Both the position numbers and the translations under genes were made by a program. Shown piece by piece: positions 10,379-20,964 of a DNA stretch of 64,000 nt. Origin of the DNA: an uncultured bacterium (lineage in GTDB: Bacteria > Edwardsbacteria > AC1 > EtOH8); NCBI GenBank assembly GCA_963780225.1, contig CAWAAX010000011.1, forward strand, positions 1 through 64,000, given 5' to 3'. The notes under the pieces are model-generated. The model did not search any database, was not told the DNA's origin, and saw only the letters and a list, made by a program, of their open reading frames with translations. Positions within the stretch are counted from its first letter, which is position 1. Each line of letters opens with the position of its first letter.

Positions 10379-13301
10379 ATGAAAAGATCATTGACCCTGG
10401 CCCTGCTGGTCCTCTGCTCTTTGCCCTTGGAACCTCTGGGCCTGGCAACAGCGGGTGGCCTACCAGATAGAGGCCCAGCTGGATACGGCCGATCACAGCC
10501 TGTCCGCCAGCCAGACCCTGCGCTACTTCAACAATTCACCGGACACCCTGAGGTTCGTCTGGTTTCACCTTTATCCCAACGCTTATCGCGACAATTCTAC
10601 CTTCTTCGCCCGGGAGGCCGAGCAGCAGCAGGATTACCGGCTCAGGTACTCCTGTTCGGAGGATAAGGGATGGATTGAAATAAATTCGTTGATAGTATCC
10701 GGCACCCCAGCCGAATTAAACTATGACCCCGCCCATGCTCCGGACAGTATATTGATTCGTTCGGAGGATCGGGGATATTACAAAATCCCTTTGAATACTA
10801 TCATGGCCTTCCAGCCGAGATTTCCTACTTCAGCTAGCCTGTGGCTTCCGAAGCCCCTGGTTCCAGGTGATTCTGTGGATTTCTATTTCGACTTCACAGT
10901 CAAAGTGCCGAAGATTTTCTCCCGGCTGGGCCATGAAGGTTTGCACTACGAGGTCTCCCAGTGGTATCCCAAGATGGTGGTCTATGACAACCTGGGCTGG
11001 CATCCCGATGGCTACCATTACAACGGCGAGTTCTACGGGGATTACGGCAGTTTTGACGTGGGGCTGACCGTCCCCCGGGGAATGAAGGTGGGGGCCACCG
11101 GCATTGAGCTGGTGAATCCCTATGACTCTCTGGACCAGACCGGGGACAGCGGTTCCTACCGTTTCTTCTACGCCGACGATGTCCACGATTTTGCCTGGTG
11201 CGCCGATACTTCCTACCAAGACACCACCGAAATATACAAAGAGGTGGAGATCAAGGTACTCTGCCTGCCCAAGAACAAGGAAAAATGGGCCAACGTAATG
11301 CAGTATTCCAAGGACGCCTTGGACTACTACGGGAAATGGTACGGTGTATACCCCTATTCCACTTTGACGGTCTGCGATGGCGGCATGGCGGCCGGGGGCG
11401 GCATGGAGTACCCCAACCTGGTGATCATCTCCTCGGGCGAGGACAAGGCAACCCGGCTGCTGGAGAACGTGGTGATGCACGAGATCGGCCACCAGTGGTT
11501 CTACGGCATTTTAGGCAACAACGAGATGGACGAAGCCTGGCTGGATGAGGGGATCAACAGTTTTTCCGAAGAACGGTATTTTGAGGAAAAGTACGGCCCC
11601 AAGGGGAACATGCTTTCCAATAAATTTTTACAGAAGATGCTTCCGGAGTTGTCCGACCGGTATATCGGATATTTCCTATGCTACCTCTATGCCGCCAACC
11701 GGATGGAACAGCCCGTTAACACCAAGGCCTCTCTGGTCAATGAACAGATGTTGTACGCCGTCACCGCCTACAAGAAGCCGGCCCTGATGATGTGGTGGCT
11801 GAAAGGGTTTTTGGGCGACAGCACTTTTGACGCCGCCATGCAGGCCTATTACCGGAAGTTCAATTTCAAGCATGTAAGCACTGGAAATTTTCTGGCCGTA
11901 ATGGATTCGGCCTCGGGCAGGAACGTCAGCCAGCCGCTTAAGACCTGGCTCAGCAATGCCTCACCGGTTGACTATTCCATAACCAAGACGGCCCGGATAG
12001 AGGCGCCGGGAAACACCTACCTGTTCAAGCTTTCCCGCCGGGGGGACTTCCGGGTGCCGGTAAAATTCCAGGCTTGGGACGAAGGGAACAGGTCTTATTA
12101 TCTGGACTGGAGCGCCCAATGTTCCGACACCAGCTTCTACCTTCAGATGGACAACCCGCTGTTACGGGCGGCGCTGGACAATGACCGGACCATCCTGGAA
12201 CCAAACCGCTGGAACAACCGCTGGCCCCGGAAGATAAGCTTCAGCATCTTCCCCAGAGTCCCGGACTTCGAAGCCTACCAGGTCTTCGCCTTCCCCCTGC
12301 CCTGGTACGACGCGGTCAACGGTTTTAGGCTGGGGGTGATGTCCCACGGCGCATATTTGATTGACGGCGATCCCATGGTGGGAAAACACCAGTGGACCTT
12401 TTCTCCGTATTACAGTTTTGGAACAAAGCAGGTCAGCTTTTCGGCCGATTACCAGACGCCGGTCACCGATCTCCCCCGCCCGCCCCGGGTATACGCCTCC
12501 GGCGGCAAGGCCTTTGACCTGCGCTGGGCCAGCCTAGGTTTGAAGCGTACTTGGGGCAGGTACCTGATGCAGGGACCCACCGAGCGCTTTGACCTGAAGC
12601 TGGAATACAACCAGATGGTTGACTACGGTTACAGATTCTGGGACGCCCGCGACATCATCCCGGCCAAGATCTTCATGCTGACCGGGGAAAGGGGCTATGC
12701 AACCAGCAATCCCTATGTCCGTTCCGACTTCCGATTGGCCGCCACTTTGGGCTACGTGGCCGAACCGGCTTGGGACATTAAGAACTTCTTGAGGGCCGAG
12801 CTGGAATACAAGAACAGCTTCTATTTCCACAAGTGGCTGCGTCCCAGACTGCGGCTCTTTGCCGGGAACATTCAGGGCAATGCGCCCAGCCAGGAGCAGT
12901 ATTTCTTGTCCGGGGCCTTCAAGTCCAAAGGCCTGGATGACATGATCATCTCCTACAAGGGCGGGTTCTCGGCCCAGGAGCATTACCATATTGACGGCGG
13001 GGCCAACCTGCCGGGCTATTATGGAAGACACCTGCACGGCAACGCGGCCATAAGCGCCAATCTCTCAATTCCGGTCTGGCCGGGCTTTGCCTCGGTGTTC
13101 GGAGATGTGGGTTCGGTAAAGGACAACTGGCAGGAGATGAGGGCCAAGTATCTCTATGCCGATGCCGGAGTGACGCTCCACTTAGGCCCGGTGCGGGCCA
13201 TCTTCCCGCTGTGGATCAACCGGCCAATGGAGGGAGAGAAGCGGTTTGACTGGAAGAGGTGGAAAGTGGGCCTGGGCGGGTCGTTTAGCGTAAAGATGTG
13301 A
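10379..13301 (+). CDS. M1-family zinc metallopeptidase with a C-terminal beta-barrel-like region; signal peptide split by a 1-nt frameshift near 10421-10430
   Basis: GGMEYP and HEIGHQWF...WLDEG motifs; signal peptide MKRSLTLALLVLCS is in a different frame from WQQRVAYQI. Confidence 0.85.
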
Positions 13302-13334
13302 TTTTATAAGTTCTATACTTGGTTATGTAAAATA

Positions 13335-13410
13335 AAGAAGCCGCCCCGCGCTTGTCCGCCGTAGTCTGCCACATAGCAGACGAAGGAGGATTGCGAGGCG
13401 GCTCTTTTTA
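13335..13410. terminator. Probable bidirectional terminator with a REP-like insert in its loop
   Basis: Stem AGCCGCCCCGC/GCGAGGCGGCT, T-tract on the right, between convergent genes. Confidence 0.55.
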
Positions 13411-13420
13411 CAAAGTAATA

Positions 13421-13732
13421 TTACTGCAATATATTCAAATAATCCCTGGCTCCATGAATTATCCGGTGCACCAGCACATCATTCTCTTCCACCGTATAAA
13501 ACACCAAATAATTTCTGACCACGATATACCGGTACCCCATTCCCGCCAGCTTAGCATCGCCGGGCGTTTTGCCCATTAACGGCTGGCCGGCAAGCAGGGC
13601 CAGTTGTTTCTCCATTCTGTCGGCCAATGCCTGGGCCGAGGCCGGGCTCTCGGCCATTACATACATCACTGCCTCGGTCAGGTCCTGCTCGGCCGCCCGC
13701 AGCAGGCGGACATTATAACTACGCCTTTTCAT
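13421..13732 (-). CDS. RelE/ParE-family toxin
   Basis: AAEQDL; P.MG; YRYIVVRNYLVFY; HRIIHGARD. Confidence 0.9.
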   Translation of the reverse strand: MKRRSYNVRLLRAAEQDLTEAVMYVMAESPASAQALADRMEKQLALLAGQPLMGKTPGDAKLAGMGYRYIVVRNYLVFYTVEENDVLVHRIIHGARDYLNILQ

Positions 13733-13991
13733 TCAGCTTCCGGCGCAGGTCCTTCATTACCAGGGAAAGTTCCCGGCCCTGGTCGCCCCCGGCTTTTTGG
13801 GCCTGGGCCGCGGCCAGCTTGCCGTAAAGCTCCAGCTTGCGCTGAATGTCCCCGTAATGGGCCAGGGACATCACCACCATGTCGCCCTCCCCGTTCTTGG
13901 TGATGAAGATCGGCTTACCGGTGCTGTGGGCGATCTTTGAAATTTGGTTGGCCTTGTTCCTGAGGTCGGATATCGGTTTTATCATTGGCAT
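13719..13991 (-). CDS. Phd/YefM-family antitoxin
   Basis: IKPISDLRN...PIFITKNGEGDMVVMS; overlaps the toxin start. Confidence 0.9.
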   Translation of the reverse strand: MPMIKPISDLRNKANQISKIAHSTGKPIFITKNGEGDMVVMSLAHYGDIQRKLELYGKLAAAQAQKAGGDQGRELSLVMKDLRRKLNEKA

Positions 13992-14055
13992 GGGCGTCGT
14001 CCTTTGTTTTATAGTATGCATTATTCTGATAATTTTCAAAAACGTTGTCAAAGCG

Positions 14056-14112
14056 GAACTCAACCCCTTTCTCCCCTTCTCTTGGCAAGAGAAGGGGACG
14101 GGGGATGAGTTC
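14056..14112. repeat. Palindromic repeat, family C
   Basis: GAACTCA...CCCTTCTCTTG-CAAGAGAAGGG...TGAGTTC; homologous to 30132-30207. Confidence 0.75.
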
Positions 14113-14166
14113 TTGGTGGCCCATGCCGGGGTTTCTATTCTAAAAGTGTGTTCGTCCCATTATTCA

Positions 14167-14206
14167 TATGATATCATAATTATATCACTATTATGATATT
14201 TGTCAA
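14167..14206 (-). promoter_or_regulatory. Consensus promoter with an overlapping inverted-repeat operator
   Basis: TTGACA-16-TATAAT on the minus strand; ATATCATAAT-N9-ATTATGATAT. Confidence 0.65.
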
Positions 14207-14225
14207 TAGCTGGTTGTTGCAGCAC

Positions 14226-14260
14226 AAAAGAGCCTCCACGCACAACGTGGAGGCTCTTTC
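14226..14260 (-). terminator. Intrinsic terminator of the foldase operon
   Basis: Perfect 14-bp stem AAAGAGCCTCCACG/CGTGGAGGCTCTTT. Confidence 0.75.
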
Positions 14261-14322
14261 ACTTTAAACAAATTGTCCTACTTGTAAATTTTTTGTGCCT
14301 TCGTGTCTTAGTGGCAAAAAGT

Positions 14323-15600
14323 CTACTTCCGCTCTATCACGTACTTGGTCTTCAAATTCTTCAAATACGCCTCCAGCGACTCCTGCATCTTCTTGTTCTT
14401 CAAGTACTCCACCAGATCGTTCTTGATGTTCTCGTAGGTGGGCTCCCTGGCCGCCACCCGCTTGTTGAGCTTGAGGATGGTCAGCCCCTGCTCGGTCTCC
14501 ACCGCCTCGCTAATATCGCCTTCCTGCATGATGGCCAGCTCGGTCTTGATGGCATCGGGGAAGGCCTCCACCGGCACCAGGCCCAGCAGGCCGTTGTTTT
14601 CTTTTGACATTGGATCGTCGGAGTAGGTCTTGGCCACCCGGCCGAAGTCCTCCTTGCCTGAAGTCACCCGGCGGTACAGCCCGGCGGCCAGCTTGCGGGC
14701 CTTGGCCAGGTCGGCCTCGGTGGGGATGGGCGAGATCAGGATGTGGGCGGCGTGCACCTGGTCGCCCTTCTTCTCCAGCACTTTGATGATATGCCGGCCG
14801 TAGCGGGTGTCGGTCTCGGTGACCTGTCCGATCTTGGCTTCAAAGCAGGCCTTTTCAAACTCGGGCACCATCTGGTTGCGTCCGAACCAGCCCAGGTCTC
14901 CGCCGTTAACGGCCGAGCCCTGGTCCTGGGAATATTTCTTGGCCAAGGCGGCAAAATCACCTTTGGCCTTAAGCTTGGCCATCACCTGGTTGTAACGGTT
15001 TATGGCCGCGGTCTTGGCAGCCGGGCCCGGCTTGGGGACGATCACAATCCAGGCCACCTCGGCCTTCTCCGGTTCCGGCGGAATGGAGTCCTTGTGGCTG
15101 GCGTAAAAATCCTGCACTTCCTTCTCGGTGGGCGGGGCTACCCGGGCCCGGATGTTTTTGTCTATCAGCTTCTGCATTATAAGCTGGTTCTTGGCGTCGG
15201 GCCGGTGCTTGGCTTTTAATTTTTCGATATTGGTGCCCTCGGCTTTAAGCTGAGCGTTAAACGCCTCTTCGCTGGGGAACTGAGACCTCATCTCGCCGAT
15301 GCTCTTGTTCAAGGCCTCTTCCACTTCGGCGCTGGTAACGTCCAGCGATTCCTTCTTAGCCTGCAACATCAGCAGCCGCACTTCGATCAGCCTCTCCAGG
15401 GCCAATTTATTAAGGGAGTCCTCGGGCATGGCATTCTGATTCAACTGCAGCTTCAAGAGCGAGACCTGCTTGTCCAGTTCGCTTCGGAGGATAGGCTGCT
15501 CGTCCACCACCGCCACCACTCCGTCGCCGGCCGGCTGGGCGTACAGCGAACAGGTCAGGACCAGCAGCAACAGGCCTCCGGCCAGGTATATTTTTTTCAT
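14323..15600 (-). CDS. surA: SurA-like periplasmic chaperone with two PpiC domains
   Basis: Signal peptide; VVAVVDEQPILRSEL; YSQDQGSAVNGGDLGWF; second rotamase domain. Confidence 0.8.
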   Translation of the reverse strand: MKKIYLAGGLLLLVLTCSLYAQPAGDGVVAVVDEQPILRSELDKQVSLLKLQLNQNAMPEDSLNKLALERLIEVRLLMLQAKKESLDVTSAEVEEALNKSIGEMRSQFPSEEAFNAQLKAEGTNIEKLKAKHRPDAKNQLIMQKLIDKNIRARVAPPTEKEVQDFYASHKDSIPPEPEKAEVAWIVIVPKPGPAAKTAAINRYNQVMAKLKAKGDFAALAKKYSQDQGSAVNGGDLGWFGRNQMVPEFEKACFEAKIGQVTETDTRYGRHIIKVLEKKGDQVHAAHILISPIPTEADLAKARKLAAGLYRRVTSGKEDFGRVAKTYSDDPMSKENNGLLGLVPVEAFPDAIKTELAIMQEGDISEAVETEQGLTILKLNKRVAAREPTYENIKNDLVEYLKNKKMQESLEAYLKNLKTKYVIERK

Positions 15601-15646
15601 GGGTAATAGTCCTTTGTTTGTTTGCAAATATTGTATTGCTACAATG

Positions 15647-16483
15647 CTATTTGATCAGGTCGGGGTGGGTTTCCACCTTGGCGGTCTTCTTAAGTTCTTC
15701 GGTCAGATTGTCAAAGGCCATTTTCTGCTTGTTCATGGTCATTCCGTTGGCCAGGCCTTCCCGGACGTCTTCGAATTTCACCGGCGGCCAAACCGGCTTT
15801 TTGTCGGTGACCTTGATGATGAAATACCCGTTGAACAGCTTGATGGCATCCGAGACCTGCCCCTTGGCCAAAGTAAAAAGTTTTTCCTCGAAATCCAAAG
15901 GTATTTCCCCGCTGCCCCTCTGCAGGTACCCGGCCATGTCCCCGCCGTTGGCCCGGGAAGCGGCATCTAATGACCTTTCCTTGGCGATCTTGGCAAAATC
16001 CGACCCGCCGTCCAAGGCGGACTTGATGGCGGCAGCCTCTTCCGGGGACTGGACCACTATCTGGCTGTAGCGGACGTTGTTTTGAAACTCGGCCTGATGC
16101 AGATCAAAGTAGGCCTTGACCTCGGCCTCGGTGACGCTCTGTTTTTCCACCACTTCCTTCTGCAGCAACTGGTTGGCCAGGATCTCCCGCTTCAGGTCGC
16201 GCAATTGCTTGGCCACCTTGGGGTCCTTGTCCAGCCCTTTTTTGACGGCCTCCTGGTAGAACAATTCGGTGTCCACCCAGCGCCGCAGGAATTCTTCCTT
16301 CTGGGCCGGGGAAATTCCGGCCGCCCCGGCGGGCAGATAGTCCTTAACGTCGGAGTCAGTCAGGACCGTCTTGTTGACCCGGGCCACCACCTGCCCCTGG
16401 GACTGTTCTTTTTTGCAGCCGGCCCCAGCCAGCAGACTTAAGGCCAGGATCAGCACTAGCCCCGCCATGGTTAGTCTCTTCAT
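15647..16483 (-). CDS. PpiC-type PPIase lipoprotein
   Basis: Lipobox AGC; FAKIAKERSLD..SRANGGDM. Confidence 0.85.
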   Translation of the reverse strand: MKRLTMAGLVLILALSLLAGAGCKKEQSQGQVVARVNKTVLTDSDVKDYLPAGAAGISPAQKEEFLRRWVDTELFYQEAVKKGLDKDPKVAKQLRDLKREILANQLLQKEVVEKQSVTEAEVKAYFDLHQAEFQNNVRYSQIVVQSPEEAAAIKSALDGGSDFAKIAKERSLDAASRANGGDMAGYLQRGSGEIPLDFEEKLFTLAKGQVSDAIKLFNGYFIIKVTDKKPVWPPVKFEDVREGLANGMTMNKQKMAFDNLTEELKKTAKVETHPDLIK

Positions 16484-16484
16484 T

Positions 16485-18149
16485 TTATTTTCCCTCCTCC
16501 GGTTTTTGCTGACCGGCCAGTTTTAAAACATTCTCATCTATGGTTACCGGGTATTTTAATTTAAGGGTCTCAATCAGGCTTAAGTACAGGATCTGTTCCT
16601 GGCCCTGGGCCATATTCTGCTCGATGGCCGCCTTCGATTCGTCAAAGCTCATTTGTTTGCCGGGGGTGCGGGAACTGACCCTGATCACCGCAAAACCATC
16701 CTTGACGGCGAAGGGCCGGGTAACCTGGTTCAGGCCGGCGGCAAAAGCCGCCTTGGCAACTTCCGGGAACCGGGGATCGTTCTGGGTCACTTCGCCCAGG
16801 GCCCCGCCCGAGGACTTGGTCCAGTCAACCGATTTTTCCGAGGCGGTGGCCGCAAAATCAGCGCCCTGGGAAAGCAGTTTATAGACCGCTTCGGCTTCGG
16901 GCTGGGTCCGGACCACTATCTGGTGGACCATGGCCTTGGCCGGCTGATAGAAGGCCTTTTTATTTTTGGCATAATAGGTCTTGACCGATTCCGGGCTGAC
17001 GCTGACCTTGGGTCCCACCTCGGACTGATACAGCGCGGCAGCCAGCATCTCGTCCCAGGCCTTTTCCATCTGCTGTTTGACCTTGGGATTTTTCTCCAGG
17101 CCTTTGGCTTTGGCCCGGGCCATCAGCAGATCTTCCACCAGCATGGCCTGCACCTGTTGCTCCAGCACGGCGGGATTCCTGAGGTCGGCATTGCCGCCGA
17201 ACATTTTGTTAAGCTTGTTGTAGAAAACTTCCACCGTCCAGGAGCCGCCGTTGTAAGTGACTATGGTCTTCTTCCTTTCCGCTTCGTCTCCCAAAGGCGG
17301 CAGGGGGGCCGGGCCCGTGGTCTGGGGCTGCTTGGCCGCCAGCATATCTAAAACATCCTTTTTGATCTTGACATTGGCCGAGGACTTTACCTTGTCTACG
17401 TATTCGGTGGCCATCTCCCGGGGCTTGGAGGCCGTCAACTGCTGCTTGATCATGTCCTTCATCTCGTCAAAGGGCTTGATCTCGGCAGCGCGGGTGGAAT
17501 CCACCCGGATGATGTGGAATCCGAACGGGGTTTTGACCGGTTTTCCCACCTGCCCCGGCTTCAGCCCAAAGACCGTCTGCTGGAAGGTCTTGACCATCCG
17601 GCCCCAGCCGAACCAGCCCAGGTCTCCGCCCCGGGGAGCCGAGCCCGGATCCTGTGATTTCTGCTTGGCGGTTTCCTCAAAGTCGGCCCCGTCCTTAATT
17701 GACTTGTATATGGCTTTGGCTTCTTCCTCTGTCTTTACCAGGATGTGCCGGGCCTTTACTTCCGTGCCCATCTTCTTGTAATAATCCTTGATCTCCCGGT
17801 CGGTGGGCTGTGATTTCTCCATGATCTCCTGGCGGTATAGCTGGCCCATCAGCATGTTCTTGGTCAGGTCCTCGTATTCCTTCTGCAGTTTGGGCTCCTT
17901 GTCCAGATTGCGGGACAGGGCTTCCAGGGCCAAAAGCTTCTGCTCCACCATCTGATCCAGCAGCCGTCTCTTGTTTGTCATGGCCGTGGCCGAATCCGGT
18001 GGAGGGACCGGAACCCGGTAGTTGTCATCAAATTGTCCCAGGGTTATTTTCTGGTTGCCCACCTTGGCGATCACCTTGCTGCGGTTGCCGCAGGAAACCA
18101 CCGTTAATACCAGGCCCAGGACCAGCGCCAGCCCTAAAAGCTTCTTCAT
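16485..18149 (-). CDS. PpiC-type PPIase lipoprotein with two rotamase domains
   Basis: Lipobox VVSC; ARHILVK; SQDPGSAPRGGDLGWF; GFHIIRV. Confidence 0.85.
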   Translation of the reverse strand: MKKLLGLALVLGLVLTVVSCGNRSKVIAKVGNQKITLGQFDDNYRVPVPPPDSATAMTNKRRLLDQMVEQKLLALEALSRNLDKEPKLQKEYEDLTKNMLMGQLYRQEIMEKSQPTDREIKDYYKKMGTEVKARHILVKTEEEAKAIYKSIKDGADFEETAKQKSQDPGSAPRGGDLGWFGWGRMVKTFQQTVFGLKPGQVGKPVKTPFGFHIIRVDSTRAAEIKPFDEMKDMIKQQLTASKPREMATEYVDKVKSSANVKIKKDVLDMLAAKQPQTTGPAPLPPLGDEAERKKTIVTYNGGSWTVEVFYNKLNKMFGGNADLRNPAVLEQQVQAMLVEDLLMARAKAKGLEKNPKVKQQMEKAWDEMLAAALYQSEVGPKVSVSPESVKTYYAKNKKAFYQPAKAMVHQIVVRTQPEAEAVYKLLSQGADFAATASEKSVDWTKSSGGALGEVTQNDPRFPEVAKAAFAAGLNQVTRPFAVKDGFAVIRVSSRTPGKQMSFDESKAAIEQNMAQGQEQILYLSLIETLKLKYPVTIDENVLKLAGQQKPEEGK

Positions 18150-18241
18150 GGCAGTGATTCTCCTTGATTGTAATAAGGTTTATTATTTTTAGCTATAATT
18201 TTTAAGTTTATCATAAATCAATGCTTTTTTCAATGATTTAA

Positions 18242-19357
18242 TCAGGAAACTTTGCGCCCGGTAATGCCCCTTTCCCGGTAGTCCTGGAAAAGCCGGCCCC
18301 AGGGAGACCGCTTCAGCCATTGGCGGTACATCCGCCCCTGCACCAGCGGCCAATGAATGACATCGTGGTAGAAATAGGAGTAGAAATTGCCAAGATACAG
18401 CAGGGGTGGGCGGGTCAGCAGTTTTTGCAGGAACCGGGTGGGGCCGAACCAGGTAAACCATCCGGCAAATTTGTGGAACGATATGCCCACCCTAAAACCC
18501 CAGTTCTCCCGGGCGGCTTCCAGGTCGCCCGCGATCTCGATCTCTTCGGTCCGGCCGCAGCCCAGCCCGTCCTCGTGGGCCATCCGGATGTAGTCTATCT
18601 TCATGGGGTCGAAGCCCATCATCCTGGCGGCCACCGCGTCTATGGCCACCTGATCCGAGCTGGCCAAAAGGATGTTCTTCTCCACCGGCTTCATTATCCT
18701 GGGGCCGGGGCCGTTCCCGGCGGTGGTGGCGTCCATCACGCAGAACAGGCCGGGGTGGATCTCCTTCTGGATGGCCAGCAGGTCCACCAGCGTCTGGTGG
18801 ATATAAGTGTGGGTCTGGTGCCGCTTGTGATTAAGCAGTCCGCCGAAGGCGTTCTTCATGGCCCCGGTGGTGGTGGTGTAGATGTGGCACTTGGCGGTGG
18901 GCAGGTGGATGATGTTCTTATCCAGAAAATAATCCGGGATCCTGATCCCCTCGCAATAGATATCGTTCAGTATCCGCATCCGGGCCTTGGGCCGGTAGAC
19001 GATCCACTTCATGTCCTGGTCGTGAAAGTTGAACAGCACCTTGATGCCGTAGGCCTTGAAGATCGGGGTGTAGCGGTTAAGCTCCTCGCCCATGGCGGCA
19101 TTGGTAACCTCGGTTTTGTTCTGGACGCAGGAGATGTCCTTATAGCCCGCCTCCTGCAGGGCCTTGATCACTCCCTCCAGCTGCCATGGCGTGGTATTGG
19201 CCGAGGGGAACGGATAATGCCAGGAGATGTTGTCCTTGAGGATAGTGGTCTTTTGGGGATCAAGCGACTGCCTGAAGCCCGCCAACTCCATCACCCGGGC
19301 AATGTCCTGGAGCACTGTCTCCGGTCTGGTCCTGATGACGGCTACTTTTGACGGCAT
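18242..19357 (-). CDS. DUF362 domain protein
   Basis: LKDNIS; LPTAKCH...TTGAMKNAFG; GNGP; DQVAIDA. Confidence 0.8.
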   Translation of the reverse strand: MPSKVAVIRTRPETVLQDIARVMELAGFRQSLDPQKTTILKDNISWHYPFPSANTTPWQLEGVIKALQEAGYKDISCVQNKTEVTNAAMGEELNRYTPIFKAYGIKVLFNFHDQDMKWIVYRPKARMRILNDIYCEGIRIPDYFLDKNIIHLPTAKCHIYTTTTGAMKNAFGGLLNHKRHQTHTYIHQTLVDLLAIQKEIHPGLFCVMDATTAGNGPGPRIMKPVEKNILLASSDQVAIDAVAARMMGFDPMKIDYIRMAHEDGLGCGRTEEIEIAGDLEAARENWGFRVGISFHKFAGWFTWFGPTRFLQKLLTRPPLLYLGNFYSYFYHDVIHWPLVQGRMYRQWLKRSPWGRLFQDYRERGITGRKVS

Positions 19358-19439
19358 AACAATATATTAACTACGTTGTAAGGTGTTGGTTTGTTTCATA
19401 CTGTGAGGAATATGGAGATAGCCGGCATACCCCATTTAT

Positions 19440-20948
19440 CTACACCACGAACAAACTGTGGCTGGAAAAATTCGGGTCGCTGGTCAAATTGACCCCCAGC
19501 TTGCGCAGCCCCTCCTCGTCGCCCGGGGTGGGGATGTGGGTGCTGTGCACCTCGCAGCCCTGTAGTTTCTTCAAATGCTCCATGGCCAACTGGGCGGTGG
19601 GGTTGGTCATGGCGCTGACCGCCAGGGCTATCAGGGTCTCCTCCAGGTCCAGGCTGACCGTTCGCTCTTTCAGGATGTTGCGGTCCAGGTTGGCGATGGA
19701 CTCGATGATGGCCGGCGAAATCAGGTGGATCTGGTCCGGGATCCCGGCCAGCTTCTTGACCGCGTTCAGCACCAGGCTGGAGGCGGCGTGCATCTGGGGC
19801 GAGTTCTTGCCGGCGATGATGGTCCCGTCCGGCAGCTGGATGGCGGTGCCGCAGAAGATCCCCTCGTTTCCCTTGCCGCAGTCCTGGCCCTCGGCCGAGG
19901 CTTGGCGGGCCGGCTCCACCACCGGCCGGTCCTCCGGCTTGATCCCCAGGTCGTTCATCAGCAGTTCCACCCGCTGGATGGTCTCCTTGTCTACGAAGCC
20001 CATCACGTGCTCGCAGCGGTAGCGGAAGTAGCGCCGGATGATCTCCTGCCGGGAGGCCTCCTTCACCGCCTCGTCGTCCACGATGCCGAACCCGGCGCAG
20101 TTGACCCCCATGTCGGTGGGCGACTTATACATCGGGTCGTCCATGATCTTGACCAGGATCCGGCGCAGCACCGGAAACACCTCCACGTCCCGGTTGTAGT
20201 TGATAGCCGTCTTGCCGTAGGCCTCCAGATGGTAGGGGTCTATCATGTTGTAGTCCCGGATGTCGGCGGTGGCCGCCTCGTAGGCCACGTTCACCGGGTG
20301 CTTAAGCGGTATGTTCCAGATGGGAAAGGTCTCGAACTTGGCGTAGCCGGACTTCAGGCCGTGGCGGTGGTCGTGGTACATCTGGGACAGGCAGGTGGCC
20401 AGCTTGCCGCTGCCCGGCCCCGGCCCGGTCACCACCACCAGCGGCTTGTCGGTGGCCGCGTATTCGTTGGCCCCGTACCCCAGGTCGCTGACCACGGTGT
20501 CCACGTCGGTGGGATAGCCCTTGGTATAGCCGTGGGTGTAGACCGTCAGGCCCCGGTGCTGCAGCTTGTTCTTGAAGATCACCGCCGCCGGCTGGTTCTC
20601 GAACCGGGTGATGATCACCGCCTTCACCGAGATGCCGTTGGCCTTAAGGTCGTCTATCAGCTTCATGGCGTCCACGTCGTAGGTGATGCCGAAGTCCGCC
20701 CTTATCTTGCGGCGCTCGATGTCCCCGGCGTAGATGCAGAGCAGGATGTCGGCCTGGTCCTTCAGCTGCTGCAGCAGCTGCATCTTGACGTTGGGATGAA
20801 AGCCGGGCAGCACCCGGGCCGCGTGGTAATCGTAGATCAGCTTGCCGCCGAACTCCAGGTACAGCTTGCCGCCGAACTTGGACACCCTCTCCCGGATGGC
20901 CTCGGTCTGCAATTGCAGGTATTTCTCGTTGTCGAAACCGTTCTTCAT
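19440..20948 (-). CDS. DUF1846 domain P-loop protein
   Basis: KLYLEFGGKL; GPGSGKLATCLSQ; AKFETFP; SPTDMGVN. Confidence 0.92.
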   Translation of the reverse strand: MKNGFDNEKYLQLQTEAIRERVSKFGGKLYLEFGGKLIYDYHAARVLPGFHPNVKMQLLQQLKDQADILLCIYAGDIERRKIRADFGITYDVDAMKLIDDLKANGISVKAVIITRFENQPAAVIFKNKLQHRGLTVYTHGYTKGYPTDVDTVVSDLGYGANEYAATDKPLVVVTGPGPGSGKLATCLSQMYHDHRHGLKSGYAKFETFPIWNIPLKHPVNVAYEAATADIRDYNMIDPYHLEAYGKTAINYNRDVEVFPVLRRILVKIMDDPMYKSPTDMGVNCAGFGIVDDEAVKEASRQEIIRRYFRYRCEHVMGFVDKETIQRVELLMNDLGIKPEDRPVVEPARQASAEGQDCGKGNEGIFCGTAIQLPDGTIIAGKNSPQMHAASSLVLNAVKKLAGIPDQIHLISPAIIESIANLDRNILKERTVSLDLEETLIALAVSAMTNPTAQLAMEHLKKLQGCEVHSTHIPTPGDEEGLRKLGVNLTSDPNFSSHSLFVV

Positions 20949-20964
20949 TTGATCCTCATTTTTT

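Noticed and set aside
10379..10666. Independent 95-aa ORF
   Set aside because: Better explained as the frameshifted signal peptide of the M1 peptidase running on out of frame.
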